Shown one piece after another: positions 14,901-26,763 of a stretch of 64,000 nt of DNA (position 1 is the stretch's first letter; each line of letters opens with the position of its first letter). Position numbers and translations under genes: made by a program. Where the stretch lies: contig OZ024741.1 in assembly GCA_964016885.1 (NCBI GenBank), forward strand, positions 350,982,001 through 351,046,000, written 5' to 3'. The DNA is from Eledone cirrhosa (Eukaryota). The notes below the pieces were generated by a model. The model saw only the letters and a program-made list of their open reading frames with translations, ran no database searches and was not told where the DNA came from.

Positions 14901-17900
14901 TAACTCTATGCGTCAAAGCACGACCCTCTACCGATACTGCTAATTCACCGCCCTGAACTGATAAAGATAATGAATGCAAATGATGATGAGGATGATGATG
15001 AGGATGATGATGATGATAAGGAATACTTACATCTCCTTTGTTAAACTGGTCTCCTCCAAAAGCAGCAACACATGGTTTTATACCACCAGTACCAGTAGAT
15101 ATTAACAATAATCCTATAATTGGGCCAATTCTGGAAATAAAAAACAGAAACTACATACATGCATTTTGGCAAGTTAACGTGTTTATATGCCGTAGCATTG
15201 ACAGTGAAGCATTATCTTGGTGATAATAGAGATGTTAACAGAAACAAAACAACACAAAATGCCATTATAGTTTTAGTTAAGCTAATACGCAAAATAACAA
15301 ATGGTAATTTGTGAAGTGAACACAGCAATGTCACTTGGCACACTGGTGCATGAAGGTCACTGTTAGCTCTACAACATGTACAACAGATCTAGTCCGGAAA
15401 CTTTTTGATACCACCTTGTATATAGTAGTTTGAATACCAAACAGTGTAAAAAGAACTCAATCTTGTCAGAAGAGTTATATTAAGAAGACCAATTACAAGA
15501 TGTATTTGATTAGTAACCAACTGAATCTCAATATTTGTGAGGTGAAACACTCAACTTTTAAAATGTGTAATATGTGCTTGTAAACATTGGTCTATATCAA
15601 AACACCCACACACACACATTCATTCTTTCTCACACACTCACTCTACTCTTCAAGGCAATATCTCAGCATGGACTCAGTATAATGATAGGGACTGGTAAAA
15701 GAGTAAAAGAATCAATTAAATCATGGAAAAATCAGTAGAATAATGTTCATGGCCAGGTTGGAAAAATGTGATGAAACTTGTAATAGATCATGAAATAAAT
15801 GATAAGTGAATATAAGTTTTTGTGTGTGTTTCCAGATGGTTAAAGTAGCTCTTCAGCAATGTAATTGCTCCAGTTTCAACATATAGTCTCAAATCAATTA
15901 CCAAAAAAGAACCATTCCAAAAATTCAAAAGCTTCAAATAAAAGAAGGGAAAATGAGGAAAATAATTGAATATGAGATTCGGCTAAAGAGACTGTTCCCA
16001 TTGGTCTTTCCATTGCTAGTGTTATCTATCATTTGTAACTCTTGGCAGAAGGAGGTGAGATTTGAACTCAAAAAAGAAAAAAACTGAATCAGATACTGTA
16101 AAGGATTCCATTCCACTCTTTAAGAATTCTGTGAATCCACTATTTCTGGACTGGTAATTTATCGAATACAAAAAGATGAATGCAAAGTTACTCAGAGCGC
16201 AACTCAAATTTGTTTAACCCTTTAGCATTTAAAATGGCCATATCTGGCCAGAATTCTCTCATTTCTTTCTGTTCAAACCAGCCATAACTGGTAGCTCATA
16301 TATACAAAAGTATATATAGAGTAATGTAAATTCTAAAGTAAAAGAATCAAATGTTCAAAATCAAAAACAAACATCAATTTAAAAATAAAGAGAAAGAAAA
16401 GAGACTTACATTTCTGGTGGTGGAATAGCAGTAAGGGACATTACAACATTTCCAATTGCATAGAGGATTGAAATATAAAGAATGGTCCTGGAAAACAGAA
16501 AGAAATTAAAGGGTTAACTTTGATGACATATTAATGATGTTGTTAAGTTGCTTACTATTTTTCATACTAGCTTCTGTCAGTCCACATATAACTAATTATT
16601 TATTTGAAGAAAATAAACATGTAGGGTAGTGGGTCACACACTGGAAGTGAAAGGTTTCAGTAATATCACATTAGTGGGCAGGATCAACACTGGCTCTCTC
16701 TTCGTGTGACATCAGTTGAAGAGACATTAAACGATGATGATGATGATATATATATCATTATCATCCCCATTGAGCATTCATTTTTCCATCATGCTTGCAA
16801 GGGTTAGACGGGTCGTTCCACATCGGGAGATAAGTCTGGCCAGAATTGGCCACACCGTACTTTGCTCCAACTGGACTGTAAATTTGGCCAGGGATTTTAC
16901 AGCTGGATGTCCTTCCAAACACCAACCACATTTATAGTGTAGGACTGGATGGCACCGTTATGAGGAGGGATAGGCCAGAGGGATGCGCCAAACCCCTCTC
17001 ACAGCAGAACTACAGTCCGGGAGCCTGGAACTGAGTGACGCCACAAAATGAGGAAGGACAGGCCAGTTGCTGCACCGAACCCTTCTCACAGCAGAGCCAT
17101 AGTTTGGGAGCCACAACCACATTTACAACCCGGTACTGGATGTCACCGCCATGGGGAGGAACAGGCCAGTTGGCCGCACCGAGCCCTTCTCACAGAGGGA
17201 CCACAGTTCAGGCGCCCCAATATATATATATCATCACGTAGGCAGGATAAAGAACATAATCAAATTCTACTTTGGTTTTGAGTACTCATTTTCATATCCA
17301 TCAATACCACATGTGTATTCATATATATATATATATACATATACATACATACATATATATACATATACATACATATATATAGAGGCACATGGCTTAGTGG
17401 TTAGAGCATTGGCCTTGCAATGTGAGTTCAATTCTCAGACCGGGTGATGTGTTGTTTCCTTGAGCAAGACACTTTATTTCACATTGCTCCAGTTTACTCA
17501 GCTCTAGAAATGAACGCAAAGTGGACGTGTAGGTGCCACGGCAAAAAAGCACTAGCCTACACTGTAAAGTGGACGTGTAGGCGCCACGGAAAAAAAAGCA
17601 CCCAACACTCACTGTAAATGAGGTTGGTGTTAGGAAGGGCATCCAGCTGTAGAAATCGAACCAGAACCAGTTCCCGTCCCACCCTTGCAAGCAGTGAAAA
17701 GCGGATGTAAAATGATGATGATGATGATATATACACACACACACATGTGTTATACTTACTTGTATTTTCCCCAAAGGCTGTCAGCTAACAATGCTCCAAT
17801 TAATGGTGTGAAATAACAAACCATATTGAAGACATGATAGATAGCAGTAGCTGTGTTTGCTTTTATCAGAAGATATTCTGTGAGGTACAATATCAGGATA

Positions 17901-20900
17901 GCTGAAAACAACAATAATAATAATTATTTCTAACATAGGCACAAGGCTAGTAATTGGGCGGGGAGGGAAAAATCGATTAAATCGACCCCAGTACTTGACT
18001 GGTACTTTATTTTATCAACCCCAGAAAAATGAAAGTAAAAAGTTGACCTTAGTGGGATTTGAACTCAAAAAGTAGAAAGTCATAACTAAATACTGCAAAG
18101 CATTTTGTCCAACACTCTATCGATACTGCCAGCAATAATGATTGCTTTTATTGGCCACAAGGACCAAAACATTGGGGATGATACATGGATGAAAACAACA
18201 GGGTGGGGTTTACATTGAATAAAGAAAAGAGGACATCACTGAAAAGAATACAATAATAGAATTTGTAATAAATATATGCAATAATAGAAAACAATAACAA
18301 ATGTCAACAAGGACTAGTTCCCATCAACTTGGAAAGGAAGGTGGGGTGGGTGCAGGGTAAGTGCCCCCTCCCTCCCTCAAGTACATTTGTTAAAAGATGG
18401 GTGAATGTAGCGAGGATGGACCATGTGAATGGGCCTACTCTGACCATGTGCCTATAGGCTGGAGTGTTGAGAGAGGAGCAGTGATCCCACTAATCCCACT
18501 AATCCTTGACCACTCTACTTTCCAAAAGCACATTAAGAAGGTGCTCTGCTCCTCTCTCAAAAACTCCAGCCTATAGGTACATGGTCAGAGTAGATCCATC
18601 CTCGCTACATTCACCCATCTTTTAACAAATGTACTTGAGGGAGGGGGGGGGGGGCATTTACCCTGCACCCACCCCACCCCACCTTCCTTTCCAAGTTGAT
18701 GGGGGGCTTGGCTGAAGAGAAAAGTGTCTATCTTTAGTCCTTTCAGCTGTGTCCACTACACAACCTCTTTTGCTACTGCCACCAGGCAGAGGAAAACTGC
18801 CTGATCTTCATAGCCAAAAAAGGTGGCGGGGTGATCTTCACAATGGACTACTGATGATAATAGCTGTTTGGCAAAACATCACAAATCAGTAAAGCACATA
18901 TACTGTATGAGTGCATGCAGAATAGTTTTGTCGTTCTGTGCATATCTCAGACAGGTCAATCTAACAGCACTTCCGTGCCTGTAGAGTTTGTCTCAAACCG
19001 GCAGTAGTCCCTGGTAGCACTGGATTTCTGGAAGTTGTCCATAGTCCTTGGCTTGAAAGTTCTCTGGAACACATTGGTCATTCTGAATTTGTTGATGCCT
19101 AAAGCCTCTTCGAGAACATTGTCACAATTGCTGACATTAATGAACCAGTAGATATGGGCTTTGCATCATTGAAAAACTCTAATTCTTCAAGAACTGAAAT
19201 CCTCAAATGAATATCTCAATTTCATCTTGTTCTCATTTTAGAAAATATCAACTTGTTTCTTGCTTGGTAATACCATCCCCTAGACATCCAAGTATCACAG
19301 CAGACAGACCTACTGTGATTGACAACTTTTGATATATCACAAAACTGTTTATAAACCATAAATCTGTTTATAAACTACCAAACTGTTTTATAAACCACAA
19401 TACTGTTCACGAATCACAAAACTGTTTTAGCACCATAAAACTTTTGACAAACAACAAAATTGTTTATCAATCACAAAATTGTTTCTAATTTAATACATCA
19501 TTTATAATTCAATAAATTGTTTATAAAATATAAATACTGTATATAAATTATAAATAGCATTTCTTACCTTTCATCCCATAATACGAAAACCTCTCACAGC
19601 ATTCATTGCCAACAATATAGTAAATACTTGGAGGGTATTTACTCTTCATGGTGATAAGTTTCTGAGAATGAAACAAGTTATTTAGTCATAAATTATATAT
19701 ATAAAGGAAGTGAAGGTTGTACAATATGAAATAGAAGTTGAAGCTAATTTCATCTCTGTTGTTAATGCTCAAAGGATAAGGCCTTAACACCACAGTATTC
19801 CATTTCACCCTCTTCTAAAATAGGGAGCTTTTGTGCTTTGTTGAAATTAATGTTTTATATCAAGAATTCTAAAATCAAATATTTCTTAGAGTTGACTACA
19901 TCTTTCATCTTTCTGATATAAATAACTACCAGTTCAATTCAACTGATTATGTCTTTCCACTTACAAAATAATTGAAAATTGCTCCAAATCAAAAATAATC
20001 AATATTATATATATGAAGAGTAGTCAGAATTATGAATGATCATTATCAGATATTTGAGAGCTAGAAAGTATGAAATAACTTGAACATCTATTTTTTATCA
20101 TCATGTATACATGGCTATCAAAGCAGTGAACTGGCAGTCACGAGAGTATCAAATAGAATGCCTTGCAGTATTTGTTCCATTTCTCTGTGATCTCAGTTTA
20201 AATCCAATGAAGTCACTCTTTCACTCTTCAGCTTCTGACACAGATGTACTGTCTCCTCCCTCTATCCCTCTATCTCTTTTAACATTACTACAATGTTCTC
20301 TGCCAAGGCTGGATTTAATGAGGGGGGACGGGGTTAATTGCTCTAGACCACCTGCAGTGGAGGGCCCCACCAGCAATAGTTGTATCAATTTATTTGTGCC
20401 CTCTGCTGAGATTTTTAGTTTTATTTCTTTGATGATCACAACAATATTTTTAACAAAAAGTACTTAATGTCCTTACTGTGGCAAAATTCATCAGATGTTC
20501 TCAACTTTCTGGAGGGTTTTTTCTTTGCCACCTTCTCTCCAGTGTTTTCAACTCACTAATCTCTCCTCTCATCACCCAAGTTTGTGTCCAACATCTACAA
20601 ATCCCCTATTAACCACTACACCCAATCCTTCTTGGCCAGAATGTCATCCCTCTTGAACTCTCTCTTTCTGCTCATGTTTCTACGAAAGAAATAAACCTAT
20701 AACAATTTAAACAAGACACCAACAACCTCAATGATCTCTCTTTAGTCATTTCCTTATCTCCTTCAGAGATCAAACTGAAGATCAGCCACATTAATATAAC
20801 CAGCTGACCTTATCAAGTCTTTTGGGAGTAACAGTAATGGAAAGTCTACTGATGTACAGAGCATTACACACACAAACACAAACTCACCTTTACTCGTCCC

Positions 20901-20955
20901 CAAGCTTTGCCACTCAGTTTACTGTTGAATTCAGTACCATCTAGGATCTTATGTT
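958..20955 (-). CDS. SLC15A: SLC15 family (PEPT1/PEPT2-like, PTR2/POT) proton-coupled oligopeptide transporter; partial multi-exon gene, 13 coding exons in window, continues past the left edge
   Basis: Spliced translation is open and phase-consistent across 13 GT-AG exons (1081 nt). It contains ExxERF (NECCERFSYYGMKA), LADSLWGKYKT, GTGGIKPCVAAFGGDQF, FYFAVNAGSL, FWALFDQQGSRWTLQA and PDQMQ. A1 vs A2 orthology cannot be decided by eye. Confidence 0.96.
2353..2388 (-). CDS. SLC15 exon l, GYLGILKPDQMQ
   Basis: ttgtag acceptor, gtaatt donor, 36 nt. Confidence 0.93.
2530..3070. repeat. Degenerate minisatellite, about 22-27 bp unit (cacagtagagtactcacagttatataa)
   Basis: Many imperfect tandem copies visible directly. 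Confidence 0.8.
3409..3453 (-). CDS. SLC15 exon k, GSRWTLQAKIMDGSL
   Basis: taaaag acceptor, gtaagt donor, 45 nt. Confidence 0.95.
4537..4925. mobile_element. piggyBac-like MITE (TTAA-CCCTTTAGCATTT terminus), interrupted by a SINE; relatives at about 11260-11480 and 16214-16340
   Basis: ttaaccctttagcattt starts all three copies and internal sequence is shared in opposite orientation; TTAA plus CCCT ends are piggyBac hallmarks. Confidence 0.6.
4583..4781 (+). mobile_element. tRNA-derived SINE with Meta-like core; further copies at about 14140-14333(+), 14771-14955(-), 17925-18135(-), 27232-27415(-) and partials
   Basis: A-box-like tggcagtatcggtag, B box gagttcaaatcc, core gactttgcctttcatcct..ggggtcgataaaataaagtaccag, AT-rich tail; flanking ttatatttt duplication. 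Confidence 0.85.
5099..5188 (-). CDS. SLC15 exon j, SVFVDDIKCLLRLLVMFLPVPLFWALFDQQ
   Basis: ttgtag acceptor, gtatga donor, 90 nt. Confidence 0.96.
5312..5902 (-). mobile_element. Non-autonomous bipartite RTE-B derivative (5'UTR joined to 3' terminus, no ORF) with (TATG)n-like tail
   Basis: 5312-5354 matches 45953-45994; 5386-5665 matches 49976-50253; 5705-5870 matches 39633-39795. Confidence 0.88.
6590..6676 (-). CDS. SLC15 exon i, YSIKQYWILRRSNTPTHAHWLDAGVDKYD
   Basis: ttgcag acceptor, gtaagt donor, 87 nt; HWLD motif. Confidence 0.95.
7622..7704 (-). CDS. SLC15 exon h, LFVCGRKKYKKIPPTGHLLTKVFSCVF
   Basis: tttcag acceptor, gtaagt donor, 83 nt. Confidence 0.95.
8350..9496 (+). mobile_element. 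Decayed Tc1/mariner-superfamily transposon (transposase pseudogene, right TIR ending ...ggccccctaTA)
   Basis: Remnant motifs WTSDE, WFQQDGA and WAPHKPDLSSLHFFLWGYL (WPxxSPDLxPxDFFLWG type); many stops and frameshifts. Confidence 0.82.
9507..9584 (-). CDS. SLC15 exon g, ADVKCFGGDCYSLAFGVPAILMVIAL
   Basis: ttacag acceptor, gtaagt donor, 78 nt. Confidence 0.96.
11080..11170 (-). CDS. SLC15 exon f, EKLVQGFFSVFYFAVNAGSLLSTLVTPILR
   Basis: ttttag acceptor, gtaaga donor, 91 nt; FYxxxNxGSL signature. Confidence 0.97.
12325..13168 (+). mobile_element. RTE-A LINE 3' fragment with (GAT)n tail
   Basis: [17 protein letters not shown]...RRLRWYGH; 3'UTR ttggtgttaggaagggcatcc; 5' junction at short tatatat. 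Confidence 0.92.
15031..15130 (-). CDS. SLC15 exon e, IGPIIGLLLISTGTGGIKPCVAAFGGDQFNKGD
   Basis: ttccag acceptor, gtaagt donor, 100 nt; PTR2 motif. Confidence 0.97.
16410..16487 (-). CDS. SLC15 exon d, TILYISILYAIGNVVMSLTAIPPPE
   Basis: ttccag acceptor, gtaagt donor, 78 nt. Confidence 0.95.
17381..17727 (+). mobile_element. tRNA-derived SINE with RTE-type 3' tail
   Basis: A box tggcttagtgg, B box gagttcaattc, core ccttgagcaagacact, RTE 3'UTR and (GAT)n tail; flanked by TA/CA repeats. Confidence 0.8.
17760..17901 (-). CDS. SLC15 exon c, AILILYLTEY...TPLIGALLADSLWGKYK
   Basis: tttcag acceptor, gtaagt donor, 142 nt. Confidence 0.96.
18140..19060 (-). mobile_element. Decayed L1/Tx1-like LINE 3' fragment containing an internal inverted duplication
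   Basis: Minus-strand remnants LPV*DKLYRHG, a degenerate CCHC knuckle, AVFLCLVAVAKEVV*WTQLKGL and STFVKRWVNVARM; ends near gtggccaataaaag. Confidence 0.65.
19335..19555. repeat. Degenerate about 20 bp minisatellite (cacaaaactgtttataaac)
   Basis: About 10 imperfect tandem copies just downstream of the exon b donor. Confidence 0.75.
19568..19661 (-). CDS. SLC15 exon b, KLITMKSKYPPSIYYIVGNECCERFSYYGMK
   Basis: ctcag acceptor, gtaag donor, 94 nt; ExxERF motif. Confidence 0.96.
20888..20955 (-). CDS. SLC15 exon a, (E)HKILDGTEFNSKLSGKAWGRVK; may be partly UTR
   Basis: Poly-T/ttgcag acceptor and gtgagt donor; in frame with the next exon. Needs an upstream phase-1 exon, otherwise translation could start at MKSKYP in the next exon. 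Confidence 0.75.
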
Positions 20956-21459
20956 CTGCAAAGACAAGCAAAAAAAAAAAAAAAAAAGACACAACTTATT
21001 AGAATTTATATTATTCATAGAAACAGGATATATATAGGAAACATTTTTTTAATGTTTAATAGACAAATATATAAAATACATTTAAAATATCATAATTATA
21101 AAGAAAAAAAAATGAAAGAATAAAGAAAAACAAAACCAAGAAAAATAGGGTGGGTGCAAACTCTACACTTGTTGCAGGATGACATATTTCAGCTGCACCT
21201 CATGAACAAGATGATAAAAGCATTTCCATGGATACCAGCCAGCTGCATCTGTCATTCCATCTTTTCTGTTTTTATTTATTTATTTATTTTTTTTAGTTTT
21301 GAAACAAATATGGGTTTTCAGTTGCCCCAGAAACAGACTTATTTATCTGCCTGCATCAATCAAGTTATTTATCTCACAGCATCAACCCATCAACCAATGA
21401 ACTCTCTACAGGATCAATCAACCTGTGAGAAAAAGCAGGCAAATCTTCATCAAATTACA

Positions 21460-21925
21460 CCTTACCATTGTTACTTTTTCATTATATTTTTGATGAAAGC
21501 CATTGCTTATGATTTTCAAATAATTATGAAAATAGTCAAGAATTTGGAGAGATTTAGTAATATAACTACAGACCTGTCAACTCTCGCCAGCCGACGGGGA
21601 GATCTCCCACCCACTTTGAGATGGGTGAGAGATGTCTTCTCTTGTGAAAATAGGTATAGCTTTCATTATGTAAAATCACCCCATTTTGCCTCATTTCTCC
21701 CCTTTTGAGGCACCTTTTTTATGGAACTTCCTGTTTGAGGTTTTTAGAGGTTGGCAGATCTGTAACTAACTTTCTTATTAATAATCTGGTGTTTGGAACA
21801 TAGCATAACAAAAGTTCTTACATAAAATTATAATGGAAAGCTTTTAGATAAACGCTTTAAAGTAAACAGTTTTGTATCATAGAACCAGCAACAGTTTCAG
21901 GTAGCTTGAAATGAAAAGGGTTAAA
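21460..21925. mobile_element. piggyBac-like non-autonomous element (ends aagggTTAA), related to about 1190-1435, carrying a nested TIR element
   Basis: Shares ccattgc.tatgattttcaaa...cttacataaaattataat with 1225-1400; AGGG-TTAA right end. Confidence 0.6.
21569..21761. mobile_element. About 190-bp MITE with TIR cagacctgtcaac / gttggcagatctg and 6-bp TSD taacta
   Basis: TIRs visible; the empty site aatataactaactttc is present in the paralogous host copy at about 1285-1301. Confidence 0.78.
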
Positions 21926-22594
21926 ATAGCACTTGTTGGATAATAGGGTCCTAGGTTTAATGTACAATGTTTGGAATGAAATATTTGATCATGATTATTT
22001 AATATTGATTTTAGAATAATTATCTTTGTTGCAGTATTTTTTTATAATTTTTTTTTTCAATTTGAACATTTTGGTCTGGAGAATAGGACTCTGCCTGTAG
22101 CAGGTAAAGTTGATATTGTCGATGACTTTCTTGAACAGTTGCTTGTTGACATCTGCATGAAAAACAAGGACAGAGAAGTTATTACAAATTACTAATGTCA
22201 TGGGAAAGTGATTAGTATGGGGGCTACAGCATGTGTAATGAGAACAGGGAGAAACAAGAGTTGAAGTGACAAGAGATCAGCTAGCTCTGAGGAGCTGAGG
22301 TTACTGTAGTAACAGTAGAAAAGACAGAGAGAGGAGACAATACATCTATGGGGAAGGAGGATTTTTATCATTCATTCCAAGTCTGTAAAATAGTCATGAG
22401 CATTGCTCTTCTCTCACTGACTAAACAGTAAAAAAAAATAATCAGAGTTTCATATCATCATTATTGGTTTCCGTCCATTTTCTAAGTTGGCATAAATTAG
22501 ACGAGTTGTAATGTTTTAAGACTAGATGGGTCTTTGCCATGGAGCTTAACTTATCATGTTATAATGATCGACTATTATTATTATGATCATTAGA

Positions 22595-23200
22595 CCGATG
22601 GATTGGCAGTATCGGTAGAGCATCGGACAACGAGCTTTGTGGCATAGAGTTACGGCCTTTTACATTCTGAGTTCAAATCCCGCCAAGGTTAGCTTTGCCT
22701 TTCATCCTTACGGGGGTCAATAAGTAAAGCACTAGGGTCGATTTAACCAAACCCCCCCCCTCTTCAAATTACTGGCCTTGTGCCTAAAGTAGAAACAATT
22801 ATTATGATTGACAGTGTCGGTAGAGGGTCTGACGCCATGCTTTGCAGCAAAGAGTTATGCCCCTTCATGGTCTGAGTTCTAATCTCGCCGAGGTTAACTT
22901 TGCCTTTTATCCTTATGGGGTCGATAAAATAAAGTACCAGTAATATACTGGGGTAATTGCTGGCCTTGTGCCAAAAGTAGAAACAATTATTGTGACCATT
23001 GGCAGTATCGGTAGAGGGTCAGACGCCATGCTTTGCAGCATAGAGTTACGGCCCTTTATGATCTGAGTTCAAATCTCGCCAAGGTTAACTTTGCCTTTCA
23101 TCCTTACGGGGTCGATAAAATAAAGTACCAGTCACACATTGGGGTTGATTTAATCGACTTTCCCCTCCCCCAAAATTGCTGGCCTATATAAGAAACCATT
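22595..23200 (+). mobile_element. Three head-to-tail copies of the tRNA/Meta-like SINE
   Basis: Units start at about 22595, 22815 and 23000, each with B box and core. Confidence 0.87.
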
Positions 23201-23294
23201 ATTATGACAATTTATATTGGAACACATGCATTTAAAATTTCTTAATGCATCTTGACTCAACTGGTTGTTTACATTTTTAGCTGCAGGTTTAAAA

Positions 23295-23606
23295 CAGGGC
23301 GTGCAACAGGCAGCCCACGGGCCACAATCCGGCCCGCCAGACCAGTCAGAGTGGCCCGCGATGACCATTTTTTATTTTTACCTTGTAGGCTTATTTAGAA
23401 TTTTTTTCCTAACCGTAATACAATTTTCTGTTAGTTGACCTATACTAAAGGACTTCACTGACAGGGTTATGTGTGTTATAATTTCCCAGTTCCATATGAT
23501 GGAAAGAAGTTGTGGTGAATCTTTGGAATAGTGCTTAATAAATATTAATGGCCTTAATAGTTGTTCCAATGTTCAAAAGTGGCCTGCCAATGGAATATGT
23601 TGCACG
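23295..23606. mobile_element. hAT (Charlie-like) MITE; right TIR split by an RTE insertion and completed at 26766-26771
   Basis: Left TIR cagggcgtgcaaca; right TIR tgttgcacg...cccctg; 8-bp TSD gtttaaaa at 23287-23294 and 26772-26779. Confidence 0.85.
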
Positions 23607-26600
23607 TGTTCAAGAGACTAGGTGGAGGAGTGGGTCTGCTAGATTCATTGTGGGTAAAAAACGATGCTATAAAGTTTTGTGGGTGGGAAATGACAATGGG
23701 CTGGGTTGGGTGGAGTAGGAATTATGTTGGCAGAAAAAATGGGTAGATGAGGTAATTGCCATAAATAGAGTGAACGACAGAATAATTAAAATAAGACTAA
23801 TCCTAAATATAACTACTGTGACAATAATATCCACTTATGCACCCCAATCTGGCCTACCTGACGTTATAAAGAACAGGTTCTATGAGTCGCTAATGCTCAC
23901 TACCTCCCAAATAACCAACAGTGACTGCATAATTATTGCTGGCAACATAAATGGTCATGTTGGACAACATCGTGATGGCTATGACGGAATCCATGAAGGC
24001 TATGGGTTTGGTACTAGAAATGAGGAAAGCTTCAGAATCCTGGAATTCTGTGACGCTAATAACCTAAGTATCTGTAACACAAACTTCAAAAAACGAGACA
24101 ATCACTTGATCACTTATAAATTAGGGGAACACGCCAGTCAGATAGATTATATCCTTACTAGAAGACGTGACAGAGTGTTTGTTGTAAACACTAAATCCCT
24201 CTTCCGTGAAGAATGCACCTCCCAACATAGCCTCATAGTTAGTGACCTCATAGTCAGGATTAGACGTACTCGACAACAGAGGAGGACTTCCCTGAGGAGA
24301 AGAATATGGAAGTTGAAGCACCCCACAGCCAGTAACAAATTTAAAAGCATATTACTTGATGCTTTTGACAGTAAGGAAGAGCAATTAGAGATGTACAATA
24401 TAGAGAAACAGTGGGAATTCCTGAAAGTTAACCTGCTGAAGGCGACAGATGAAATCTGTGGCTGGAGCAAACCTATAGGCAGGAGGAAAGTAACTTGGTG
24501 GTGGAATAGTAAAGTGGAGGAGACAATCAAGGCCAAAAAGCATGCTTGGAAAGTATGGCAGGATGGGGGAAGTAGAGAACACTATCAAGTAGCCAGGAGA
24601 GAAGCTAGGAGACAAGTGTACTTTGCAAGAAGGGAAGCAGAGGATAGAAAGTTCAAGCATGTTCTACAACGTGAGGACCAAAAACATGAGAGGTGTTCAG
24701 GATTGCAAGACAATGTGTCAAGGAAAACCGTGATATTGTCGGGGAGAAGTGTGTCCATAATGATGATGGTGTACTTGCCCTCACTGATACTGATAAGAAG
24801 GTAGCTTGGAAGTGTCACTACAAGAGACTACTAATTGAGGAGAATAAATGGGAATAAGATAATCTGCCCCAAATCGATCCAATAGAGGGACCAGCGGTGC
24901 AAGTTAAAGGTAGTATAATAAGTAAGGCAATCAAAGATATGAAGACAGGCAAGGCAGCTGGGCCTCTGGAGATAGTTGCTGAGATGTTGAAAGCATCTGG
25001 AATGGTGGGACATACTATGGTCACCCGGATAGTAAACCAAGTAATACAGAATGGGGTCATACCAAATGACTGGCGTAGCAGCATCATCATTAACTGCTAC
25101 AAGGGTAAAGGAGATGCTCTAGATAGGGGAAACTATAGAGGCATTAATTTAGTTGACCAGCTCATGAAGGTCACAGAAAGAGTTATAGCACAACTAATCA
25201 GAGATCGAATTGATCTAGATGAAATGCAGTTTGGGTTTGTGTCAGGTAAAAGTTCCGCAGACGCTCTTTTCCTTGTACTACAACTACAGGAGAAGTACCT
25301 AGCTAAAAGTAAACCCCTCTACTTAGCTTTTGTTGACTTGGAGAAAGCCTTTGACAGAGTCCCCTGCTCCATTATCTGGTGGGTTCTTAGAAAACTAAGT
25401 GTAGATGAATGGCTTGTGAGAGCTATACAAGCCATGTATAAAGAAACAGTCAGCAAGGTTAGAATTAACAATGAATATAGTGAAGAGTTTAGCGTAAAAG
25501 TTGGTGTTCATCAAGGCTCTGTCCCTAGCCCCCTCCTATTTATTATTGCCCTTCAGGCTATAACAGAAGAGTTTAAGACCGGCTGGCCATGGGAACTTCT
25601 ATACGCTGATGATCTAACTCTCATAGCTGAATCGATGGCTGAACTAAAGAAATTCCAAACATGGAAACATGGCCTAGAATCAAAAGGCCATAATAAAGTT
25701 AACTTGTCTAAGACTAAAGTTCAAGTATGTAGAAAGGAAAATAGGGCACAGGTGCCCTCTGGGAAATCGCCATGCTCAGTGTGTAGGAAAGGAGTAGGTA
25801 GAAATTCCATTTTATGTCCCAAATGTAAACTATGGGTACATAAAAGATGTAGTGGGATCACAGGTAAGCTATCTAAGAACGTAGATTTTATATGTGGCCA
25901 ATGCTCAGGTGCACTAAGTAGCAAGTGCCCACAGGATACTAGCTCCTATTGCCCAGATGGTTCTATAGAAATAGTGGACACTTTCCGTTGTATGATGCCT
26001 GTATACGAACAGCAATGTTACATGGCAGTGAGACATGGGCGTTGTGTGCAGAGGACCTGCACAGACTGGAAAGGAATGAAGCATGCATGCTCTGTTGGAT
26101 GTGTAGTAGTAACATACGCGAACGGCAAAACATAAATGAACTAAGTGAGAAATTAGGAATAAGAGGGATCAGATGATGTTTACTTGAGAGAAGACTACAT
26201 TAGTATGGTCATGTGATGCGCATGAAAGACAACAGCTTCTACGGAATAGAAAAACCTGGGACGATTTGATAAATTCCAACCTTACACACTTGCACCTCTC
26301 TAAGACAATGTCACTGGACTGAGATCTTTGGCACCACACAGTAATACAGAAGACCCGCCTTGCCTATGTACAAAGCGAAACCTCCAGTCAGTAGACACCT
26401 CTTAACCAAATATACACCTCAACCCATTACCCCTACTCCATCCTCCCACACCCACCAACACCACCCTTTCTCTGTAAAGTTATGTTGGTACCACAATATC
26501 CAGTCCAAACTAATGAAGTCGTGTAAGTGTCACGACAAAAAAAAACACACAGTCCACACTATAATGTGGTCGTGTAGGCAACACGGTAAAAAGCTTCCAG

Positions 26601-26763
26601 TCCACACTGTAAATGTGGTGTTAGGAAGGGCATCCAGCCATAGAAAACCTGCCAAATAGTCCTATACGAGCGAGACATGGTCACCCGACCAATCTTGCCT
26701 CAAGTGGGACAATTCCCGTCGAACCCATGCTAACGTGGAAGATAGACGTTAAACGATGATGAT
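23598..26763 (+). mobile_element. Near full-length RTE-A LINE (APE endonuclease, RT, PHD-like insert), frameshifted
   Basis: VQETRW, YAPQ, NGHVG, SQIDYIL; RT motifs [19 protein letters not shown] and LLYADD; (GAT)n tail. Confidence 0.95.

Noticed and set aside
15350-16210. Possible old transposase remnants here and at about 10050-10620
   Set aside because: Too degraded to identify any motif by eye.
20111-22430. ORFs 20111-20467 and 21154-21708 as genes
   Set aside because: No recognisable domains; they overlap decayed repeats and MITEs, antisense to SLC15.
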